From positions 77,606 to 141,605 of the forward strand of contig CAMAVZ010000001.1 of NCBI GenBank assembly GCA_945861645.1: a DNA stretch of 64,000 nucleotides. Direction: 5' to 3'. Every line of letters starts with the position of its first letter. Position 1 is the stretch's first letter. The position numbers and the translations under genes were made by a program. The DNA comes from Opitutus sp. GAS368 (GTDB lineage: Bacteria; Verrucomicrobiota; Verrucomicrobiia; Opitutales; Opitutaceae). Shown here one piece after another: positions 56,401 to 64,000 of this stretch. A model generated the notes under the pieces. The model worked only from the letters and a program-made list of their open reading frames with translations. It made no database searches and was not told the DNA's origin.

Positions 56401-58965
56401 CTAAGCACCTTTGCGCGGTAAAACTCGAGCCGGCGATTCCATTTGCCCGCGGGTAACGCCAAGCTGGTTAAGCAACTTGAGCTCGCGCCAAAGTTCCCCG
56501 CCACTGGTCTCGCCCCGCAGCAACTGCTGATAGCGCTGCACCGTTTGGCTAACTTCCTCCGGGGTTTCCGTCATAAATTCCACGCGAAAAGATTGCGCCC
56601 CCAGCGCCATGAGTCGCGCGACATATTCGGCACCGGTTTGCGCGCGACTGTTATAAACTGTATTGCGGCAACCGGCATCAGCTTTGAGCGGATGCTCGGC
56701 CCCGACGCGATCGCGCAAAGCCACGCGCTGGGTGTCGCAGGGTCGGCCACAATCGCGGTAATCTTTGCCGCTCGAAAGAAAGGCGCAGAAAACGCAGTGC
56801 TCCATGTGAAACATCGGCATGTGCTGATGGATCGTGAGATCAAACCAAGCGCCGGGCGCCGCGTGCAGCAAGGCTTCGAGTTGGGTGATATTGAGATCAT
56901 AGGAAGCCGTGACGCGCTCCAATCCAAAGTGATTAATAAAATAATCGGCGGTTAGGGGATTAGCGACATTGAGGGAAAAATCTCCCCGGAGGCGCTGGCC
57001 GGCGAATAGCGTGAGATGATCGTAATTGCGGACGAGGTAGCCGTCCGCTGCGCATGCGAGCACTTGCTGGATAATCCATTCTTCGCCGGGTTTAAAAATG
57101 CGCGGCGCCGCGACCCAAATGGCAGCCGCGTGGGCTGGCAGGTTACTCGCCGCTTGCAGCGCGCGAAAATCGCTGACGGCGGTGCGGTAGTGCTTGGGGT
57201 TTTCAAATTCGCAATAAATGGTCCGCGCACCGGCGTTCCACGCGGCAGCCAACTGAGGGAGTTCGCGAATGACCACAACGAGTTCGGCCGCGGGGACTGC
57301 GGCCGGCAGCGATTTAAAATTTTTTGGCTTAAAATTTTCTGTGAGCGTCCAACGTTGCGGGACCGCGCGTTGCGCTTCGAGGTCGGTGGCGACGCGGCGC
57401 CGGAGATCATTGAGGGCGCTGACGGGTAAGATAACATCGCCTTCCAGATTATTTTCAAGGGTGCCCAATTTGAAGGGCGTGCCGCCGAGCCGGCCGAGTT
57501 GGTCGGTCAGCCGTGCGCTGGTGAGCGGCTGATTTTCAGCGCGAGCGAGGGGAGTAGCGGAATCTGCTTGGGTGATATGCCCTGCTTGATCGCGAGCGAT
57601 GAGCGTGAGCGGCGTGCCCGCGTGCCCGTGTACTTCGAGGGTGATTTCGCGACGAAAGCGGATTTGGTCGCCTTCAAAAGTTTGCCGAACACGGCGATCG
57701 AGGGCGGGGTCATTAGTTTTCCAGACCCGATCGCCGAGGTGGACGCGGGCAAAATTGATGTCGCCTTCCCCGAAGCGCAGCACCGTCTCGCCGTGGTAAG
57801 TATCAAGGTAATAAATGCGCCCACCTTCTTCTTTCTCATCGGGCCGGCCGGCATCGAAGACGATGCCATCGCCGGGTTTGGCCGGACCCTCGAGCCGGAG
57901 GGTGACGCGATCGCTGCCGACTTGGGTGACGCGTCCCAAGTAGACGCCGCGCTTGGTGCCGAAGCGAGCGTGGGCAAGTTCTTGATTTTGCACGCCGCGA
58001 AACCAACCGGTGTAGAGGCCGCGCGAAAACCCCATTTCTAGGTCGTAGAGTGATGCACCGCGCACGGCATCCATGACTGTCGCTTCGGCCTGGGGGTTGG
58101 GGCCAAAAATTTCCGCCATCACTTTATCAAGGGCCTGACGATACACGCGGGTGATGCTGGCGACGTATTCGGCGCTTTTTAAGCGGCCTTCTATTTTTAA
58201 CGAGGCGACCCCGACACGCACGAGATCGGGTAAGACATTGAGTCCAGAAAGATCCTGCGGGCTGAGGAGATAACGGCGGTCACCGAGATCGACCGTCTGG
58301 CCGTTCGAGACGAGCTCATAAGGCATACGACAGGCTTGCGCGCACTCGCCACGATTGGCGGAGCGCCCGCCGAGGGATTCGCTGGTTAAGCACTGCCCAG
58401 AATAGGCGACGCAGAGGGCGCCGTGAACGAAGACTTCGAGCGGAATCGTGGCTTCTGTCGAGAGCTGGGCGCTGCGGATGGCGGCGATTTCTTGCAGCGA
58501 ATTTTCGCGCGCCAGCACGACGAGATTCGCACCAAGCCCGCGGGCGAAATTAACCCCGGCCGAACTCGTGACCGTCATCTGGGTAGACGTGTGGATCGGA
58601 AAATCAGGCGACAGCTGGCGAATCAATCGACAGATCCCGATATCTTGGACGATCGCGGCATCGACGCCGGCGGCGATGATGGCTTTGAGATAATCGGTGG
58701 CCGCGGCGAGTTCATCCGTAAAAACTAAGGTATTGAACGTCACGTAGCCGCGGACGCCACGCCGATGTAGAAACCTCATGAGCTGGGGCAGGTCGGCGAG
58801 GGTAAAATTCTTAGCGCGCATCCGAGCGTTGAATTTTTCTAGCCCAAAATAAATAGCATCGGCTCCATTCTCTACGGCCGCGCGGGCGCAGTCCCAGTCT
58901 CCCGCGGGAGCGAGCAGTTCAGGGCGCGTCAGCGCCGGCGTGGTTAGAGCGGTCGGGGATGGCAT
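56401..58965 (-). CDS. U32-family Fe-S protein with DUF3656 region (RlhA-like RNA hydroxylation factor)
   Basis: PELLAPAG, HTSTQ, EVFVHGALCVAYSGQC, SANRGECAQACR, KIEGRLK, second Cys-rich C-terminal unit. Confidence 0.85.
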   Translation of the reverse strand: MPSPTALTTPALTRPELLAPAGDWDCARAAVENGADAIYFGLEKFNARMRAKNFTLADLPQLMRFLHRRGVRGYVTFNTLVFTDELAAATDYLKAIIAAGVDAAIVQDIGICRLIRQLSPDFPIHTSTQMTVTSSAGVNFARGLGANLVVLARENSLQEIAAIRSAQLSTEATIPLEVFVHGALCVAYSGQCLTSESLGGRSANRGECAQACRMPYELVSNGQTVDLGDRRYLLSPQDLSGLNVLPDLVRVGVASLKIEGRLKSAEYVASITRVYRQALDKVMAEIFGPNPQAEATVMDAVRGASLYDLEMGFSRGLYTGWFRGVQNQELAHARFGTKRGVYLGRVTQVGSDRVTLRLEGPAKPGDGIVFDAGRPDEKEEGGRIYYLDTYHGETVLRFGEGDINFARVHLGDRVWKTNDPALDRRVRQTFEGDQIRFRREITLEVHGHAGTPLTLIARDQAGHITQADSATPLARAENQPLTSARLTDQLGRLGGTPFKLGTLENNLEGDVILPVSALNDLRRRVATDLEAQRAVPQRWTLTENFKPKNFKSLPAAVPAAELVVVIRELPQLAAAWNAGARTIYCEFENPKHYRTAVSDFRALQAASNLPAHAAAIWVAAPRIFKPGEEWIIQQVLACAADGYLVRNYDHLTLFAGQRLRGDFSLNVANPLTADYFINHFGLERVTASYDLNITQLEALLHAAPGAWFDLTIHQHMPMFHMEHCVFCAFLSSGKDYRDCGRPCDTQRVALRDRVGAEHPLKADAGCRNTVYNSRAQTGAEYVARLMALGAQSFRVEFMTETPEEVSQTVQRYQQLLRGETSGGELWRELKLLNQLGVTRGQMESPARVLPRKGA

Positions 58966-58971
58966 AGCAAA

Positions 58972-60252
58972 TTAGACCGCCGCAATCTCTGGGGGTGGCG
59001 GAGGCGGCGCGATATCTTTTTTAGCGTGCCAGGCGACATGGGGCGCTGCGTCGCGCAGTCGCAGCGCGGAAAAAACCATGAGTGCTAAAAATGCAGTAGC
59101 GAGGTAACTGAGCAGCGGTAGCCCCAAGAGGTGGCCGTGCGCATCACGGGTGACAAACCAACCCGCCAGCATGCTCGCCGCAGCGTTGGCGGCGAGTTGG
59201 AGCGCCGAATTAATGCTCATGAAACCACCGCGGTAGCGAGCCTCCACCGCGTTGGTGATCATGGTCATAGCCGGAGCGTAGCGGCCGGACATCGATACCA
59301 TAAATAGGGCCATCATGAGGCTGGCCAAGGTGACGGAAGATGGTCCGAGTCGCATGATTATAATGGTAATAACCGCGGCCCCAGCGGAAACGTAAATCAA
59401 AAGACGCAGGCGATCCATGTGGTCACTGAGCCAGCCGATAATGGGCGTACTAATCGCGGTGGCTAGGCCTCCCACGATATAAACGATCGGCAGTTCTGTT
59501 TGTTCGTTAAGCCCGAGATTAGCGACAAAGGAAGGCGCGAGAAAAGGAACCAAGATGCCGCCGGATAGACCGACCATGGCCCCGAGGACAAACGCCCGCA
59601 GATGCACCCCGTGCGACATAATTTCTTTCATCTGCTGCCAAGGCTCATGATTTTGCAGCGCGGTGCGCAAGTGGGGGAGAGCAATTGAGGCGATCACCAA
59701 GTTAGCCACGGCGCAGGCCGTGAGGAAGAAAAAGGCGGTATGCCAGCCGAACCTTCCCGCTAACACGAGTCCGAGCGGCACGCCCAGAATCGACGCAACG
59801 GGAAACGAGGCTGCGACAAAAGCCATCGCGCGCCCGCGCCGCTCGGGTGGAATAAAATCGCCTAACATCGCCGTTACCAGGGAACTCGATAACCCCCCGC
59901 AGGCCCCTGCGGCGAGGCGAGCGAGTAGGAGCAGGTGGTAAGTGGGAGCAAGCGCACAGGCTAAGGTGGCCAACCCAAAACCGGCGTAGAGCACGAGCAG
60001 CGCTCGTTTACGATCAAACCGGTCGAGCAGGAATCCACCGGCTAATCCACTGATCGCTGCCGCAATCCCATATGCTGCTACGAGCTGAGAGAATTTCGCG
60101 GGGGTAATCGCGAAGGCCTGCATGAGCTGCGCCCCGAGCGGCATCATGATCATGAAATCAAGAATGTGCGTGAATTGAACCGCCCCTAGCACGAAGAGCA
60201 AGGTGCGCTCCTGGCTTTTAGGTAATTCGTGAGGCTGGGAAAATCGCGACAT
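58972..60252 (-). CDS. MFS efflux-type (DHA1-like) transporter
   Basis: QFTHILDFMIMMPLG, DRFDRKR, ERRGRA; about 12 TM segments. Confidence 0.87.
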   Translation of the reverse strand: MSRFSQPHELPKSQERTLLFVLGAVQFTHILDFMIMMPLGAQLMQAFAITPAKFSQLVAAYGIAAAISGLAGGFLLDRFDRKRALLVLYAGFGLATLACALAPTYHLLLLARLAAGACGGLSSSLVTAMLGDFIPPERRGRAMAFVAASFPVASILGVPLGLVLAGRFGWHTAFFFLTACAVANLVIASIALPHLRTALQNHEPWQQMKEIMSHGVHLRAFVLGAMVGLSGGILVPFLAPSFVANLGLNEQTELPIVYIVGGLATAISTPIIGWLSDHMDRLRLLIYVSAGAAVITIIIMRLGPSSVTLASLMMALFMVSMSGRYAPAMTMITNAVEARYRGGFMSINSALQLAANAAASMLAGWFVTRDAHGHLLGLPLLSYLATAFLALMVFSALRLRDAAPHVAWHAKKDIAPPPPPPEIAAV

Positions 60253-60288
60253 GCGCAGAGGTTGAGTGAGAAGAACCGCGATCCGAAC

Positions 60289-61227
60289 TCAGCTGGATGC
60301 GGGGAGGGTGGTAGCGCGGTCGATTATTTTTACGTGAGCGAGTGGGATCGGTCCGACAACGGCCCGCGCTGCTTCCGCAAAAAGCTGCGCCCCCTCACTG
60401 GGTTGGCGTCGACGGTGGCGGACGAGGGCGATATCACGCGTGGGGGATAATCCCGTGAATTTACGAAACACGAGTCCGGCCGGATCAGTCGCACTCCGGG
60501 CGCTTTGCGGTAAGACGCTTACGCCCAAGCCCAGCGCCGTAAACGATTTGACCGTTGATAGCTGCCCGCAGCGGTGACCAATGCGGGGCTCGAAATCGTT
60601 GTCGCCGCAATAAAGGTGGGTTTGCGACGCTAGCGTGGAAGCATCACCCAGCATAATAAAAATTTCGTCCCGCAGGTCAGCAAAACTAATGTCAACGGCA
60701 GTCGCTAGGCGATGATCAGCTCCTACCGCGAGTAACAGTGGTTCGGAGTAAAGTTTTTCGATCAAGAGGTGAGGCTCAGTCAGCGGGAGCGACAAGAGAG
60801 CCCAATCTAATTTTCCCTCCAAAAGTAATTCAACCAAAGGCCGCGTGAAATTTTCCTGCGTCTGTAGATCGAAATTGATATCGTTTGAGCGACAATGCGC
60901 CAAAATTGCAGGGAGGAAGAATGGTGCTACCGTGGGAATAGCTCCAACCACCACCTTGGGACCCAGGCTCGGGCTATTTTTTAATTCACCGACCGTTTGT
61001 TCGGCTTCTGCTAGAATACGTCGAGCTCCCGCCAACAGTGTTTTACCCGCTTCAGTGAGTACGGCCTTTCGGCCTAAGCGGTGGAAAAGCTTCTGCCCAA
61101 ACTCCTCTTCGAGGTTCAATATCTGCTGGCTCAACGATGGTTGGGCGACAAATGAGCGCTGAGCGGCCTTCGTAAAGTTACCTGACTCAGCGACTGCCAA
61201 GAAGTAACGCAATTGGTATAATTCCAT
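60289..61227 (-). CDS. LysR-family transcriptional regulator (OxyR/CynR-like)
   Basis: MELYQLRYF.AVAE..NFTKAA....QPSLSQQI..LEEE; GAIPTVAPF. Confidence 0.93.
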   Translation of the reverse strand: MELYQLRYFLAVAESGNFTKAAQRSFVAQPSLSQQILNLEEEFGQKLFHRLGRKAVLTEAGKTLLAGARRILAEAEQTVGELKNSPSLGPKVVVGAIPTVAPFFLPAILAHCRSNDINFDLQTQENFTRPLVELLLEGKLDWALLSLPLTEPHLLIEKLYSEPLLLAVGADHRLATAVDISFADLRDEIFIMLGDASTLASQTHLYCGDNDFEPRIGHRCGQLSTVKSFTALGLGVSVLPQSARSATDPAGLVFRKFTGLSPTRDIALVRHRRRQPSEGAQLFAEAARAVVGPIPLAHVKIIDRATTLPASS

Positions 61228-61262
61228 AGTTAAATCAGATGGAATATATAGAATCTAAGTAT
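61226..61262. promoter_or_regulatory. LysR operator with OxyR-type spacing
   Basis: ATAG-N7-AGAT-N7-ATAG-N7-GTAT overlapping the LysR start codon; TATACT -10 box at 61286 for the divergent gene. Confidence 0.65.
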
Positions 61263-61343
61263 TTCTCCTATTGCAAGCAATGCCGTATACTCCGGCCATG
61301 CACCTCACTTGGTGCTCTGAAAAAATATCAACTCATCCACTTT

Positions 61344-61538
61344 ATGAAAAACACTACATTTAACATTATCATCGTCCTTACCGCCACCGGCATCGTCGGT
61401 CTGACTATCGCCAGCAAGATTGCCGCTAGCAATTTTGAACTGCTCCCCATCGCAGTCAGTTACATCGCCGTCGCCGTTTTGGCTGCGCTGACGATGTTGG
61501 ATTACCGCACGCATACGAAAGGCTACTCGGTGCGCTAA
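61344..61538 (+). CDS. Small two-TM membrane protein (64 aa), divergent from the LysR gene
   Basis: MKNTTFNIIIVLTATGIVGLTIA...LPIAVSYIAVAVLAALTMLDY; has its own -10 box and terminator. Confidence 0.7.
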   Translation: MKNTTFNIIIVLTATGIVGLTIASKIAASNFELLPIAVSYIAVAVLAALTMLDYRTHTKGYSVR

Positions 61539-61566
61539 GCAACTTTCCTTAGATAGTTTATAATTC

Positions 61567-61599
61567 AACAGAGGTCGGGCTAACGCCCGGCCTCTGTTT
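61567..61599 (+). terminator. Intrinsic terminator after the small membrane protein gene
   Basis: AACAGAGGTCGGGC-TAAC-GCCCGGCCTCTGTTT. Confidence 0.7.
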
Positions 61600-61752
61600 A
61601 TGTCGGGCGTCAAGCGCTCACCTTGAGGCCTCGTTAACCGGCTGGAAGGTCTGGAACAACTTTAGTGCCAGCCCGTCTATCTAGTCGGGTGCAGCGTTTA
61701 CTTTCACGCGCAGCTTGGCTCGCCTGGTCAAGCCCAAGGCCGGCGATATCCT

Positions 61753-62265
61753 TTAAGTTTCCTCTGGTGGATTCCGCTTCAGGATAGCCGCAATGATCAA
61801 GGCGATCATCAAGCCAATGGCTAAGGTGGCCATGAACCCGAAGGTCGCTTGCAGGGCGGGTTGCGTGAACATGCGCATGCCTTTTTCTGCTCCTTCCATT
61901 CGGGCCTCACTCAAATTGGCCGCGGTCCATTTAACGCGCGAGGCTTCGATTAAATAGTCTGTGAAATCTGGGTTCACCCAGGTAAAGTGAATATAAGTGT
62001 AAAGGGAGCCAAGGAGCCCTGAGTAGAGCGCGACGAGCATGCCAGTGCCGACCCCCTGCCCGTAGGTCAGGTATTGGCCGGTATTTTCTTCGCGCTTTGC
62101 CCTGAGGCTGAACCAGTAGACCGCGATGCCATAAAGCAGCGGGATCAAATTAAACCAAGTACCCTGATTAATTTGCTCGGTCTGGAAGCCGAGAAAGAAA
62201 CTAACCAAGGTCAGCGCAATCTGGCCGATGGCCATAATGAGTGCGTAGAGCAGTGGCGTATTCAT
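61753..62265 (-). CDS. DUF4199-like membrane protein
   Basis: About 4 TM segments; LTYGQG..TG, YIHF..VNPDF. Confidence 0.72.
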   Translation of the reverse strand: MNTPLLYALIMAIGQIALTLVSFFLGFQTEQINQGTWFNLIPLLYGIAVYWFSLRAKREENTGQYLTYGQGVGTGMLVALYSGLLGSLYTYIHFTWVNPDFTDYLIEASRVKWTAANLSEARMEGAEKGMRMFTQPALQATFGFMATLAIGLMIALIIAAILKRNPPEET

Positions 62266-62308
62266 GGGAGGAGCGATGGAGACAGTGCTGGAAGTCGCCT
62301 TGGATCGG

Positions 62309-62617
62309 TTAGTCTGCCGTCGGCGGCGGCGGAATAGGCTTCTCCACCTCACCGGGGGTCAACGTCATCGTCGGCGCCGGCGGCGGCGGGGCATACGGCG
62401 GGAATTTTTTTGGCGGGGGCTCTTCCGTTTCCTGCATAGCCCGGCGCACTTCCTCTTCCACGCCACTCGCTGCTTTTTTGAAGGTCCGTACTGATTTACC
62501 GATTCCTTTGGCGAGTTCAGGCAATTTGTTGGCGCCGAAAAGCAGTAAGACGACAAACATAATCATCATCAGCTCTGGGCCGCCAATACCTTCGATAAAG
62601 GCGAGGGAAGAATTCAT
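62309..62617 (-). CDS. tatA: Twin-arginine translocase subunit TatA
   Basis: GIGGPEL...LLLFGANKLPELAKGIGKSVRTFKKA. Confidence 0.9.
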   Translation of the reverse strand: MNSSLAFIEGIGGPELMMIMFVVLLLFGANKLPELAKGIGKSVRTFKKAASGVEEEVRRAMQETEEPPPKKFPPYAPPPPAPTMTLTPGEVEKPIPPPPTAD

Positions 62618-62762
62618 GTGATTATTAAAGATAAATGGAGTCGGAAAGAAATGGAAAAATGCAAGATGCACCCAATCTTGGCTTTTCAGCTGGGGTGAGC
62701 GTAGCGGGCCGCGCTCTTGGTCGCTCGACCACCCTTGGCTAGTGGAAGCGGCGCAATCTGCT

Positions 62763-63683
62763 TTAAGTGATTTTGATCTCGACGTAAAATTTCTGGGTCT
62801 GACCCGGTGCCACCCGATGAACCCCGACTTTATTTTCCAGCGCGTTCGGTGGTCCCATCCAAGGCTCGATACAGTAGTAGGGGGAATTTTCATCCTGGGT
62901 CCAAGTGACCACAGCTAGTTCGCGCGCTGGCTCGTTGGTCATGCCACTCCGAAAAAGTAATTGGCTCCCCGAAGGACGTTCGGTGACCGTAAATGTGTCA
63001 TGGCGAAGGTCCGTGTGAATGAGATCAATCAAGTTTTTATTCGCCAGATTTTCTTGAGCGCTTACCCGCGGGGCTGGGTACAACCCACCGCGCTCGTCAC
63101 GCTGCAGGTATTTAGTCGCGCTCGTCTCGAGGCTATAGTCTTGCCGCGTGCGACCAACGCTCCAGGGGAGCGTGAAATAAAAATGATGACCAGCCGACCA
63201 CGGCATCGGCGTGCGGCCGAGATTCGTTAATTGCAATTCAACAAAAATGCTCAGGGCCTCGAATCGATAGCTGACCACGAATTCGTAATCGTAAGGGTAG
63301 GCGGCTTGGGCGGCCGCATCAGGTAAGAACAGCGCCGAGAAGCCGCGATCATCGAGTCGGATGGGGCGAAATTTACCTTGGCGAGCTAAACCGTGCATGG
63401 GCATCGGCCGGCGTACCCCGTCGTCCGCGCGCCAGTGATAAATTTCTCCCTGATCGTAAGTGCGCCCACTGAAGGGGAAAAGAATGGGGTTTCCGCCACG
63501 AATGCTGGCGATATTTTCCAGCGTATCGGTCTCGGGCCAATAGAGAATATCACGCACGGTGCTGTCACCCAGCGTGACGTTCCAATTCATCAATCTGGCC
63601 CCCAGTTCCGGTAGCGCCAGATAGGTCGAGGCTCCAACTTGCCACTTAAAGAGGGTGTGCCCAAGATACGGAATGCGTTCCAT
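62763..63683 (-). CDS. Aldose 1-epimerase family protein
   Basis: RGGNPILFPF, HGLAR, YPYDY, GHHFYF, CIEPW. Confidence 0.88.
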   Translation of the reverse strand: MERIPYLGHTLFKWQVGASTYLALPELGARLMNWNVTLGDSTVRDILYWPETDTLENIASIRGGNPILFPFSGRTYDQGEIYHWRADDGVRRPMPMHGLARQGKFRPIRLDDRGFSALFLPDAAAQAAYPYDYEFVVSYRFEALSIFVELQLTNLGRTPMPWSAGHHFYFTLPWSVGRTRQDYSLETSATKYLQRDERGGLYPAPRVSAQENLANKNLIDLIHTDLRHDTFTVTERPSGSQLLFRSGMTNEPARELAVVTWTQDENSPYYCIEPWMGPPNALENKVGVHRVAPGQTQKFYVEIKIT

Positions 63684-63954
63684 GACTCTGTTGATAGAAC
63701 AGAAACCTGTGACGTTCCAATCCAAAGTCGCTTAAATTTTCCGCCCCGCGGCTGCAGACAGTAAATAATTAGATTTTATCAAGGGTGGAGGCATCAATAG
63801 GGGCGCCGCCACCGCTTGGGTCATTCCTCGGCTCGATTACCTCGTAAATTGATCCGGCGGTGGTCTAGCTAGGGTCCGCATCATGAAAAGAGACTCTTCT
63901 TTATAAGCGCACTACGCTTGCGTGCGGTTCAGAGAGCACTACATTAGCGGTCGT

Positions 63955-64000
63955 ATGCTCAAACTGGTTTATCTTCTGCTGACCTTTTCCCTGACTGCTC
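63955..64000 (+). CDS. Probable start of a secreted protein (runs off the window)
   Basis: MLKLVYLLLTFSLTA, signal-peptide-like. Confidence 0.4.
   Translation, partial: MLKLVYLLLTFSLTA

Noticed and set aside
60289-61227. Calling the LysR gene oxyR
   Set aside because: The canonical GHC(L/F)R...C redox motif is absent.

Overview
A gene-dense, GC-rich bacterial chromosome segment, most likely from Verrucomicrobiota (Opitutaceae-like). The evidence is the PVC-superphylum small basic signature protein, a DUF1501 plus planctomycete-cytochrome/PSD1 pair, a double-length UvrA, and start codons that mostly lack Shine-Dalgarno sites. The backbone is housekeeping: mnmA, gap-pgk-tpiA, ispA, murJ, rpmB, an S41 protease, tsaD, uvrA, lpdA, tRNA-Arg(CCG), PPi-PFK, rpoZ-smpB-thrB, trmL, an adenylate-kinase-family gene, a U32/RlhA-like gene and tatA. 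Two accessory blocks stand out. (1) About 28-31.6 kb: a light/UV-repair cassette (FeS-type photolyase, an unannotated 49-aa DUF2256 gene, a renalase-like flavoprotein) flanked by tandem hairpins and gene remnants. (2) About 33.4-54.3 kb: a catabolic island with no regulator gene. It holds a divergent NagB-like gene and a PIG-L deacetylase behind DUF1501/PSD1; an orphan hexulose-phosphate-synthase-like operon with a Zn-dehydrogenase, an SDR and a TIM-barrel isomerase; kdgD-gudP-gudD; secreted ThuA/ThuA/DUF3500 proteins; and a 916-aa internally duplicated UxaA/GarD-family dehydratase whose two copies have lost complementary motifs. That protein and the orphan HPS-like operon are the best candidates for undescribed biochemistry. 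No CRISPR array, integrase, transposase or rRNA was seen. All family calls come from recognising motifs by eye; no searches were run.
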